Assembly: GCA_011526375.1 (NCBI GenBank)
Contig: WTIT01000151.1
Span: 42,130 to 106,129, forward strand
Source: Methanobacteriota archaeon
Lineage (GTDB): Archaea; Thermoplasmatota; Poseidoniia; Poseidoniales; Poseidoniaceae
Direction of reading: 5' to 3'
Length of the DNA: 64,000 nt
Numbering within the stretch: the first letter of the stretch is position 1; every line of letters begins with the position of its first letter. A program made the translations under genes and the position numbers. This document shows positions 37,272-46,421 of the stretch, piece by piece. The notes beneath the pieces were generated by a model. That model did no database searches and was not told the DNA's origin. It was given only the letters and a program-made list of their open reading frames with translations.

Positions 37272-40200
37272 TTACTCAAAACCAAACCTGTCTTCAAGGT
37301 ATTCCTTGTCCTTACCTTTTCGCAGTAAAAAGAAGACTGAGACGCCCGCAATTATTGTAAAACCAAGCAAAATGACTGCGAGTACCGTGGTAGAAATTGA
37401 ATCGCTGTCTAAACTAGGTACAACACTAGTCTCTTCTTGGACAACAATAGAAACAGGAGTTATTGGAGTTGCAACATCGAAACTATCGATAGCTTGGATT
37501 TGAATTTCATGAGTTCCTAACGGTGTGCTTGTTCGCAGTGACAACTCAACTGAGTATATCCCATCCCCTGGAGTTACATCTCCATTGATACCGTTGTCAT
37601 TCATTGTCACCCAACCAGTTTGGGCTCCCAAAGGAGCAAAGACGCCAAGGTTGGCTCTTGCGTTGGTAATTCCGTCGGAATCAAAAATCTCTACTTCGAA
37701 GACAACCGTGGTTGAAACATCTTGTCTAGCGAATGACACTAATTCAGGCAGTGTGAATGTAGGTGGGGAATTCTCAACCGTGATAGAAATCGGTATTGCT
37801 TCATCATCAGGTATGAAGTGTGGTCCATATGAGTGGAATTCATTTCTTTCTCCATTCAACCATACATTAGTCACTCCTACTTTGCCTAGACCGTCTACAG
37901 TTACAAACCTCAATTCTTGGACACCGGGAGACATCCCTTCAGGCACTGTCATCATTGTACTCCAAACTCCGGAATTATCTGCCAACTCAATTAGTTCACC
38001 ACCATACTCACGCAAATCTAGACTGATATTTGACACTCCGTGGCCATCATATGCCTCGATGTTGATTACCATATTAGTGCCTCTTGGCCCTTCATCTGGT
38101 AGTATTTCAGCTCCAATAAGCCGCGGTGCTTGATTAGCAACAACAATCTGGCTTGTGTAAGTACTAATCACATCAAACGAATCTCTTGCTTCTACGGTTA
38201 AACTGAAATTACCGACTTGTAATCCTGGAACAATTATTCGTGTTGAAAATTTATCATCTCCGATAACTGAATCTCCATCAATACCTCGGTCATTCATCTC
38301 TACAAGTGCCCCACCAATTGAAGTCAAGTCCACGGTAACAGACTCGAGGTTCCAATCGATATCGCTAATTTCTGCAATCAGAGTTGCAACACTACCGCCC
38401 TCACTCACAACTAGTCCTTCCAACAGTGACAGACTGGTAATAATTGGTGCTGAATTTTCTTCAGCGGTAACTACAGAAGGTGAGATCACTCTGGTTAATA
38501 ACTGAGTTTCAGTAAAGTTAGCGATGTAGCCATCTTCACCGAATGGAACGGATAATACTCTTGATACGCTAGAGATTAAACCTTTCAGCGGACCTTCATC
38601 GATTATTGCTCCAGTAGCTGTACCAGCATCATCTCCCTCGTAGATTCCAGACCATGTTACAACATGGAAATTATGCCCATCCCTTGGATCGTTGGCTAAA
38701 GTTTCTGCTGTCACTACTAAGGTGAGTCCATCTTGCCCATCAAGCCTAATTACATCGCCTGGATGCATTGGTATCGGCATCAAACCGGTCTCTCTACTGA
38801 TTGTCAAATTGCCCAATGCTTCTTCATATTCTGGAGGTTCTGCTGTTTGCTCAATTGGGCTTCGCTCTGGATATTCTTCACCGCTTGAAGAATCCGCTCC
38901 CGTCTCTTCCCATACTAAGCGAACAGTACGGTTTTTCCAATCTGAATATATTACTTGATAATCCCAAGTTTGGTTGTGCGTGGCGCCAATTCCAGCGCCG
39001 TCAAAGAAGTTGCCTCCATTCACACCAGTAAGATTGAACCAAGACTCTTCATGGATGACATTCACTGGGAATTCAACTCCAGTGGCATTTGCTTGGGTTC
39101 CAGTTAACTCAATTCCCCTAACTACGCCAAAATTTCCTTGAACATCTCCGGTGATATCGCCATCGATGTGAACATCATCAATCATAGTTATGCCTTGTTC
39201 TGTCTTGGTATGAAAATCATATATTGTTCCATTAACTGATATTGAAGACTCGTTATCGCTTTCAGAGAAGCCAAATGTTCCTGAACCTACAAACTCCTCA
39301 AGTTGGTTTGTTCTCACACCATCAATCCAAGTCTCTTCGGAATTCAAAGTATTGAGGTCTATATCTAACCTTGTACCATCATCGATAACTATCATCTGTG
39401 CTATGGCCTCAAATCTTTGATCGTAATACCGTCGAACACCATCTTCGTCCCAGGTTTCAAGATAAAAGACACCAATATCTCCATCCACTGTTGTTGAGGA
39501 ATTATCATCTTCTACGGTGGATATATTCAGTACTCCATTGGCATCTATTTTCAGACGTTCTGAGATAACCTGATCGATATTCGAGCGATTTAATTCAGCG
39601 TTGGTTACATCGACAAAAATAGAGGTCGAAAGGTCGTCCTCGACGGCAATTACGTGTAGTGTTCCTGAACCAATCGCTTCAAAAATTTGCGCCGTTAAGA
39701 TACCATTTACAATAGTTTCATTCTTCCAAATAGACTCTAAATCTAAGCTAAGGTTATTGCTTCCTGCCTCCGTAGATTCAACGAAAATAACACTACCATT
39801 GCCCAATTCCCAAGATTCTACTGTATTGCCAATTCGTTGTTGCCAGCCCTGACCAAGAAAGTCTAGTTCGAATCCTTGTGGTCCAAAGGAATTGTTGTAT
39901 GTTTGGTCCAAGTTCCAAGTTGTTTCAAGCATTATCTCATGGTCATCCATAGGTTGATTCCAAGTTCCAACCTCAAACTCCCTTTCGACCAACAGCGAAT
40001 TTTCTAGTTCTTGCCCGGCATAATGTGTGATTGAGACTGTAACTGTTACTATATCACCCCATTCAATAGTGGTGTTAAGCTCAATATCCAAGACTCTTAA
40101 TCCATCGATTAAATCCCAAGATTGGAATATATCGCTGTCTAGGACTAGTCCATTTCTGTTGTGTTCTACATTGATTGTTGCTTGATATGATTCGCCATCA

Positions 40201-40367
40201 GCGAATACAACGCGGTAAGCATGGAGTGTTTCGCCAAGTTCATTGGCAACCCAATTGGCGTTTATTTGTGGTTGCTCTGGAAGGTTATCAGCTGTTGCAA
40301 GTGGTGAGAATAACGGTAAAAAGAGTATCAAAAGCACAAAACTAACCAGTGGTTGGTTGTTTCCCAT
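37272..40367 (-). CDS. Large acidic secreted/surface protein with choice-of-anchor-X-like motifs and C-terminal TM anchor
   Basis: Signal peptide; D/E/T/N-rich beta structure; MNDRGIDGDSVIGDDKFS and MNDNGINGDVTPGDGIYS; Ig-like N.AP repeats; C-terminal TM then basic residues. Confidence 0.8.
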   Translation of the reverse strand: MGNNQPLVSFVLLILFLPLFSPLATADNLPEQPQINANWVANELGETLHAYRVVFADGESYQATINVEHNRNGLVLDSDIFQSWDLIDGLRVLDIELNTTIEWGDIVTVTVSITHYAGQELENSLLVEREFEVGTWNQPMDDHEIMLETTWNLDQTYNNSFGPQGFELDFLGQGWQQRIGNTVESWELGNGSVIFVESTEAGSNNLSLDLESIWKNETIVNGILTAQIFEAIGSGTLHVIAVEDDLSTSIFVDVTNAELNRSNIDQVISERLKIDANGVLNISTVEDDNSSTTVDGDIGVFYLETWDEDGVRRYYDQRFEAIAQMIVIDDGTRLDIDLNTLNSEETWIDGVRTNQLEEFVGSGTFGFSESDNESSISVNGTIYDFHTKTEQGITMIDDVHIDGDITGDVQGNFGVVRGIELTGTQANATGVEFPVNVIHEESWFNLTGVNGGNFFDGAGIGATHNQTWDYQVIYSDWKNRTVRLVWEETGADSSSGEEYPERSPIEQTAEPPEYEEALGNLTISRETGLMPIPMHPGDVIRLDGQDGLTLVVTAETLANDPRDGHNFHVVTWSGIYEGDDAGTATGAIIDEGPLKGLISSVSRVLSVPFGEDGYIANFTETQLLTRVISPSVVTAEENSAPIITSLSLLEGLVVSEGGSVATLIAEISDIDWNLESVTVDLTSIGGALVEMNDRGIDGDSVIGDDKFSTRIIVPGLQVGNFSLTVEARDSFDVISTYTSQIVVANQAPRLIGAEILPDEGPRGTNMVINIEAYDGHGVSNISLDLREYGGELIELADNSGVWSTMMTVPEGMSPGVQELRFVTVDGLGKVGVTNVWLNGERNEFHSYGPHFIPDDEAIPISITVENSPPTFTLPELVSFARQDVSTTVVFEVEIFDSDGITNARANLGVFAPLGAQTGWVTMNDNGINGDVTPGDGIYSVELSLRTSTPLGTHEIQIQAIDSFDVATPITPVSIVVQEETSVVPSLDSDSISTTVLAVILLGFTIIAGVSVFFLLRKGKDKEYLEDRFGFE

Positions 40368-40543
40368 GGTTATATTCTGTACCCACTACTCTTCAATACT
40401 TGTGGGAAATTGTTTAACAATAATATTGAATCATAGCAAATAATCGATTTGCAAATTATGAGCCAAAAAAAGTGCATGGGATAGGTTTGCATCGTGCAAT
40501 TGATGAAGGTATGACGCTTCCGGCAATTGTAGGAGAGAGCATT

Positions 40544-42553
40544 TTGGCACTGATAAACATCACACTACCCGACGGAACAGTGAATGAATACGCTGCTGGC
40601 ATCACATGTTCTGAAGTGATTACGGATGTGCTTGGACGCAAGAATGGCTGTTTAGCGGCATTGGTTGATGGTCATGAACGAGACATGTCTTATGAGATTC
40701 ATGATTCCTGTCATATTGAAGGGATTAAAGCCGAATCCGATGCCGGCATGCACATCCTAAGACACAGTGCTGCGCACCTTCTAGCACAAGCAGTGATGGC
40801 GCTTTATCCTGATGCAAAACCCACAATTGGCCCAGCAATAGACAGAGGATTCTACTATGACTTTGCCATGGATACAATTACTGAAAGTGACCTAAAACCA
40901 ATTCAAAAAAAGATGCAGGAAATTGCTAGAAAAAATCTCACTGTTGAACGTGTTGAACTTGATGACAATGAGTTGAGAGAGCATTTTGCTGCTAATCCCT
41001 ACAAGATTGAAATTATTGATGACAAAATAGGTGAAGGGACTGGTTCAACAATCTACAAGCAAGGAGATTGGTATGATTTATGTTTAGGACCTCATGTACA
41101 AAATACTGCAAAATTGATGTTTTGTAAATTAACTAGTGTTTCTTCTGCTTATTGGAGAGGTGATCAAGATAGAGAGCAATTGGTCCGGATTTATGGAATT
41201 GTCGAACCGACAAAAGAGGCGCTAAAGCAAACACTTCATAGAATGGAAGAAGCCAAAAAGCGAGACCACCGAAAGCTCGGTAAAGATTTACAACTATTCC
41301 ATATTGATGAAGAAGTTGGACAGGGCTTGATTTTGTGGACTCCAAGGGGGGCAATCGTTCGCCAAGAGTTGCAGAATTTCATTGGCGAGCATTTGACACG
41401 TCAAGGTTATTCGCAGGTTTTTACGCCACATATCGGTAAACTTGACCTGTACCGTACCTCTGGACATTTCCCCTATTACCAGGATTCTCAATATCCTCCT
41501 TTAGTTGAAAAAGACCTAATGAAGAAACTTGCCGATGAGGGGTGTTCATGCTCCGAGTTATCTAACATGATGAAGACAGGTGAAATTGATGGTTACATGC
41601 TAAAACCGATGAATTGCCCTCATCATGTCAAAATCTATGCGTCCCAGGCTAGATCTTATCGTGACCTACCGCTACGACTAGCAGAATTTGGCACAGTGTA
41701 TCGTTGGGAGCAATCTGGTGAAATTTCAGGAATGACAAGAGTTCGTGGTTTTACCCAAGACGATGCGCACTTATTTGTTACAGAAGACCAAATCGCCCAA
41801 GAAGTACTAGGTTGTATTGAGCTTGTTCAGATTATTTTCGATAAGTTAGGGATGACTGATTACCGCGTTAGAGTTGGCCTAAGAGATCCCGATTCGACAA
41901 AATATGTTGGCGACCCTAAACGATGGGACAAAGCCGAGAAAGCTTGCCGTGATGCTGCTGCTTCCCTTGGAGTTGATTGGTCTGAAGAAGAAGGTGAAGC
42001 AGCATTTTACGGTCCAAAGATTGATTTTGTTGTAAAAGACGTAATTGGCCGAGAATGGCAGTTAGGTACTGTTCAAGTTGATTACAACCTTCCTGAGCGT
42101 TTTGACTTAACTTACAAGGGATCAGATGGTGAATTACACCGACCAGTGATGATTCACCGCGCACCATTCGGCTCAATGGAAAGATTCTGCGGTGTACTCA
42201 TCGAACATTTTGCCGGCCGATTCCCCACTTGGCTATCACCAACACAATGTCACATACTGACCATCTCAGAAAAACACACAGAGTATGCTGCTATTGTTGC
42301 TAATAGACTTAGAGAAAATGGCATTCGTGTAGAAATTGATGACGGTGATGGCACAATTGGTAAGAAAATTAGAACACATCGCAAACTTCACCCGGCATAT
42401 ATGGTAATCCTTGGCGATGGGGAGGCTGAAGGCAACACTGTCAGCCTAAGAGCCCGCAGTGGCGAGCAAGTTTCAGATATTCCACTCGATGAATTCATCA
42501 CCAATATTGTCTCAGAAATAAGTAATAAATCAGCGCAACCAAATTTGGTTTGA
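40544..42553 (+). CDS. thrS: Threonyl-tRNA synthetase, bacterial type
   Basis: TGS (ITLPDG), editing RHS.AH and DLC.GPH, RDHRKLG, KPMNCP.H, RVRGFTQDDAH, HRA.FGS.ERF; TTG start after AGGAG. Confidence 0.97.
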   Translation: MALINITLPDGTVNEYAAGITCSEVITDVLGRKNGCLAALVDGHERDMSYEIHDSCHIEGIKAESDAGMHILRHSAAHLLAQAVMALYPDAKPTIGPAIDRGFYYDFAMDTITESDLKPIQKKMQEIARKNLTVERVELDDNELREHFAANPYKIEIIDDKIGEGTGSTIYKQGDWYDLCLGPHVQNTAKLMFCKLTSVSSAYWRGDQDREQLVRIYGIVEPTKEALKQTLHRMEEAKKRDHRKLGKDLQLFHIDEEVGQGLILWTPRGAIVRQELQNFIGEHLTRQGYSQVFTPHIGKLDLYRTSGHFPYYQDSQYPPLVEKDLMKKLADEGCSCSELSNMMKTGEIDGYMLKPMNCPHHVKIYASQARSYRDLPLRLAEFGTVYRWEQSGEISGMTRVRGFTQDDAHLFVTEDQIAQEVLGCIELVQIIFDKLGMTDYRVRVGLRDPDSTKYVGDPKRWDKAEKACRDAAASLGVDWSEEEGEAAFYGPKIDFVVKDVIGREWQLGTVQVDYNLPERFDLTYKGSDGELHRPVMIHRAPFGSMERFCGVLIEHFAGRFPTWLSPTQCHILTISEKHTEYAAIVANRLRENGIRVEIDDGDGTIGKKIRTHRKLHPAYMVILGDGEAEGNTVSLRARSGEQVSDIPLDEFITNIVSEISNKSAQPNLV

Positions 42554-45120
42554 AAGGAGGTCTTGAAATTTCAGCACCACCAATTACCGACGGTTTCGGA
42601 TTGGTGGCGATAATTCCTTTCTTCTTCGCAGCAGCAACCGCATATCTATTTTGGAACAGCGTAGTACCTCGTCAACTTAGAGGTTTACAGGTTGCTTTTC
42701 AAACCGGAGATAAACGCTACGAGGTTCACAATGTAACCCGTTCGGTTGAGGATGCTAGAAACCTGCTTCAAACGAAAGGCATGCGTTTCGGAGTAACCAG
42801 CTATCTGTTCGCCCTTACTGGCGTCCTAATCCTAGTATTTGAGTTCTTGATGATTGAGTATAATTTAGCAGAAGGTTATCACGCTGTATCGATAATTATT
42901 GCATTGTTCTTTATTGCCGTTCCAGCAATTATTTCCAGCGGCTCCTCTTTGGGCGCACAGGTCGTAAAACCGGTAGGTGCCGGCAAAGCAACCCTGCAAA
43001 ATTCGGATATATGGCAGAATTATTCCTATGTCGTATTAACGATAAGTTGGATGATTCTAGTTGGAATAATTGCCGTAATTCTCACTTCAATCGGTGTCCC
43101 ATCTTTTCGAATCTTCAGTATTTGTGCTTTTATTGCGTTTTCTCCAGCAGTGTTAGCTTATGGTAGAGTCTTAGGCTCATCTTGGCAAGCATTGAAACAA
43201 TCCTCAGTAAAAATCGCTAGTGGCCAGCCATCGCCATTCCACAATCACAAGCCAAGTCCGAAACAACAAGCTATCGCCCAAGTTGTCAACATTAACCTGT
43301 CTGTAATGCCATTTATTGCATTCAATACAATAATTTCGATTATGGCATTGGCTATCGACCCGGACATGTTCACACACTCAGACAGAGTTCTAGAATTACC
43401 AGAGTATCGTGTCCAATCATCGATAATGGAAGAGGGAGGAATCCTCGGATTTGCCTTAATCGAATTGTTTGCTTTCATCCCAGCAGAAGGAATAAGAGTC
43501 CCGCTCGTTAACATGGTGTTACTATTCTTATTACTCAACGTCGCATTGATTGGGTTTTTGTTTGTTTACGAAGTTGCTCGGATTTTATTCTTGGATGTAC
43601 AAGATGTTTCAGGTAAAGGAGGAATTAAATTAGCAGATAGCCGTTTACTTAGAGCAGAAAGAAGCCAACAAGCGAAGGTGCTGAATTTCTGCTTCACTGG
43701 GTTTGCTGGACAATCGATGTTACTTCTTGCGCTTGCAATGATTACCTTTTGGGACTCTAGTTTCTTACCACAAGGCGCAGCATGTGGTTCATGGGAAAAC
43801 AATATCTGTACCGTTTTGCAAAAAGATGCACTCGAGGAATTAACTTGGATGCTCTCTTCGGGAGGACAAGTCGCTTTCGTGGTAATTTGGGCACGGTCGA
43901 GAAAAATCGGTTCTAGACTAGAAGACATCTCATTTGATGCTTCAATGGGGGAGAACCGGGCTAGAATGGCTCAACTGGAAGATGTCATCTACTTGAAACA
44001 AAAAGCGATTAGGAAATTGATTACTGATGATTCCTGGGATAAGGCATTACAACGTATTGACGCGGTGATAGAAGGACATGGAGAACAATTAGAAGGATTA
44101 GATCTAGTTCGAAAAACCGATGCTATGATGGAAATTTATGCTGCGATGGGAAGATGGGATGATGCCGAAAATAATGCAGTCTCGATACTTGCCCTTAGAG
44201 GTGGTAGAGAAGCTCAAATCGCTAGACTAATCTTGGTTGCGGCAAGTCTGAGTCAGCGAGATTTTGCCGAAGCAAAACCCCGTTTGGCACTACTGCCTGA
44301 TGATGACATTGAAGCAGCTAGATTGCAATGGTTCGCCTCTGTAATGCAGCCCAAAAAACGTATTTTGGATGAAAATATGAAATCACTCCTATCAGTAGAC
44401 CCACTAACAAAAAGAAATATCGATTTAATCAAGCGATATAGTCAAGGAGTTGCGATTACAGAAATACCATACAGGAATGACCCTGCTGATAGATTAATCC
44501 TGCTTGGCGATATCGCGAGGCTTAGATTATCTGGAACGTATGAGACTGCTTTGAATATGCTAGAGCGATATATGAAGCAAAACTCACTAGAGAATTGGGT
44601 TCATGGTAATGTTGTTTGTGCATTGCTACATTTAGATGAAGGGAGAATTTTAACTGCAACCAAGATCGCAAAAAGCTTGGCTAAAACACAATCAAGACAC
44701 CCGCATTTGAGAAGTCTACTACGACATTTGGAGTCAATTGGTCATACGATTTCTGCAAGTAGTGAAACAACCGGTATCGAATGGATAAGAGACTCCGGTC
44801 TTGATTGGGTCAATGCATGGCCATACCGTCATACCGTTGCCCCAGCACCGGCCTTTGTTACCAAAGATTTGCAAAAGCATGCTTGGCAAGCAAACGGTTG
44901 GATTGCATTTGGTGATGAAGAAGTGTTTACTAAAGCCAAGAAAAAAGCCACCAACGGTTGGAAATTACTGGCTGATAAAAAGAGCGAAAGTGACTTTCCA
45001 CCCTGTCTCTACACCCACATAACTGGAGTTGTTGTGACTATTGGAGGAATGCCTGTTGACCTTGGCTTGCCTGGCGACATCGATCTAAAAGCAATAGAGA
45101 ATGCCGGTTTACTGGACTAA
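42550..45120 (+). CDS. Hypothetical multi-TM membrane protein with helical (TPR-like) C-terminal half
   Basis: 856-aa ORF overlapping the thrS stop; about 9 TM helices then an amphipathic helical-repeat region. Confidence 0.8.
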   Translation: MKGGLEISAPPITDGFGLVAIIPFFFAAATAYLFWNSVVPRQLRGLQVAFQTGDKRYEVHNVTRSVEDARNLLQTKGMRFGVTSYLFALTGVLILVFEFLMIEYNLAEGYHAVSIIIALFFIAVPAIISSGSSLGAQVVKPVGAGKATLQNSDIWQNYSYVVLTISWMILVGIIAVILTSIGVPSFRIFSICAFIAFSPAVLAYGRVLGSSWQALKQSSVKIASGQPSPFHNHKPSPKQQAIAQVVNINLSVMPFIAFNTIISIMALAIDPDMFTHSDRVLELPEYRVQSSIMEEGGILGFALIELFAFIPAEGIRVPLVNMVLLFLLLNVALIGFLFVYEVARILFLDVQDVSGKGGIKLADSRLLRAERSQQAKVLNFCFTGFAGQSMLLLALAMITFWDSSFLPQGAACGSWENNICTVLQKDALEELTWMLSSGGQVAFVVIWARSRKIGSRLEDISFDASMGENRARMAQLEDVIYLKQKAIRKLITDDSWDKALQRIDAVIEGHGEQLEGLDLVRKTDAMMEIYAAMGRWDDAENNAVSILALRGGREAQIARLILVAASLSQRDFAEAKPRLALLPDDDIEAARLQWFASVMQPKKRILDENMKSLLSVDPLTKRNIDLIKRYSQGVAITEIPYRNDPADRLILLGDIARLRLSGTYETALNMLERYMKQNSLENWVHGNVVCALLHLDEGRILTATKIAKSLAKTQSRHPHLRSLLRHLESIGHTISASSETTGIEWIRDSGLDWVNAWPYRHTVAPAPAFVTKDLQKHAWQANGWIAFGDEEVFTKAKKKATNGWKLLADKKSESDFPPCLYTHITGVVVTIGGMPVDLGLPGDIDLKAIENAGLLD

Positions 45121-46413
45121 TCAACCCCATGAACAAGGCTCTAGAATTGTTTGACCTCCCATTAGAGGTACTAGCGGTTCTGGAATCGAAACTCTACCAT
45201 CAGCCAGCTGATTCTGCTCAATAATTGCCACTAAAGCTCTTGAAGTGGCAACAGCAGTTGAATTCAACGTGTGAACAATCGGTTGATTCGCATGACCCGG
45301 TTGGCCATACTTGATTTGCAATCTATTAGCTTGATAATCTGTGCAATTAGAGCATGATACGATTTCCTTGTACTGACCGGCCCCTGGCAACCAAGCCTCC
45401 AAGTCATACTTTCTGGCTGCAACAGTTCCCATATCTCCTGTACAAATGTTGACTACCTCGTAATGAAGGCCAAGTTCGTTCCACAAATCAATGCAGTTTT
45501 GTAACAACTCTTCATGCAGTTCCCATGATTGTTCTGGCCTTGATATGACTATTTGTTCGATCTTGGTAAACTGGTGAACACGCCAAATTCCCAAATCTGA
45601 TTGTCCATGTGAGCCAACCTCTCTCCTAAAACACGGCGATACACCGACTATTTTCAGTGGCAACATCTCTTCTGGAATGGTCTCGCCCATATACATAGAA
45701 GTTAGTGGATGTTCAGATGTAGCAATCATGTAGTACTTATCTGGTTCAATGCCGTACATAACGGTCTCAAAGTCGTTAAGATCGGTAACACCTTCGTAGG
45801 CTTGTCGATTCATCATTACCGGAGGTTGTACAAAGGTGAATCCTCGTTGGCCAATAAAGTCAACAGCAAAGGTTTGTAGCGCCAGTTCCAACCTTGCTAA
45901 ATCACCCTTTAGGAAGAAAAATCTAGATCCTGTGATTTTAGCAGCACGCTTCAAATCAACCCATTTGTTCATCTCAATTAATTCATTGTGAGTTCTAGGT
46001 TCGAAATCAAATTCTGGTTTATCGCCATAGACACTATGCACTGTATTACCAGATTCATCTGCCCCTTGAGGCACCTCCTGATGAAGGAGATTTGGAATCG
46101 ACATTCGAATGCGGTCCCTTTGTGTTACGGCTTCTTGAGTTTCTGCCTCAAGTTGTGAGATCTCTGCTCCTAGTGAAGCAACTTCGGCCAATATGGCTTG
46201 TGCTCGCTCTTCGTCACCCGATTTTTTTGCTTCACTGATTCCCTTGGCTGCAGTATTCTTTTGTTGTCTCAACTGATTAGTTTGATGCTGTAAACTAAGC
46301 CATAACTTGTCAAAATGGATTACTTGGTCAATTTTTTCATGTGAGATTCCACGCTTATCGTGGTCAGCACGTATTTGCTCGTGGTTATCTCTAAACATAT
46401 GAATATCTAACAT
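45121..46413 (-). CDS. serS: Seryl-tRNA synthetase
   Basis: MLDI..FR, IPN, ATSEHP, CFRRE.G..G, RVHQF.K.E, YDLEAW.P, E..SCSNCTDYQ, HTLN. Confidence 0.97.
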   Translation of the reverse strand: MLDIHMFRDNHEQIRADHDKRGISHEKIDQVIHFDKLWLSLQHQTNQLRQQKNTAAKGISEAKKSGDEERAQAILAEVASLGAEISQLEAETQEAVTQRDRIRMSIPNLLHQEVPQGADESGNTVHSVYGDKPEFDFEPRTHNELIEMNKWVDLKRAAKITGSRFFFLKGDLARLELALQTFAVDFIGQRGFTFVQPPVMMNRQAYEGVTDLNDFETVMYGIEPDKYYMIATSEHPLTSMYMGETIPEEMLPLKIVGVSPCFRREVGSHGQSDLGIWRVHQFTKIEQIVISRPEQSWELHEELLQNCIDLWNELGLHYEVVNICTGDMGTVAARKYDLEAWLPGAGQYKEIVSCSNCTDYQANRLQIKYGQPGHANQPIVHTLNSTAVATSRALVAIIEQNQLADGRVSIPEPLVPLMGGQTILEPCSWG

Positions 46414-46421
46414 TAAACCAC

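Noticed and set aside
35946-40367. Integrated element at tRNA-Gly
   Set aside because: No integrase and no duplicated tRNA 3' end seen; neighbours include core genes (alba, mrp).
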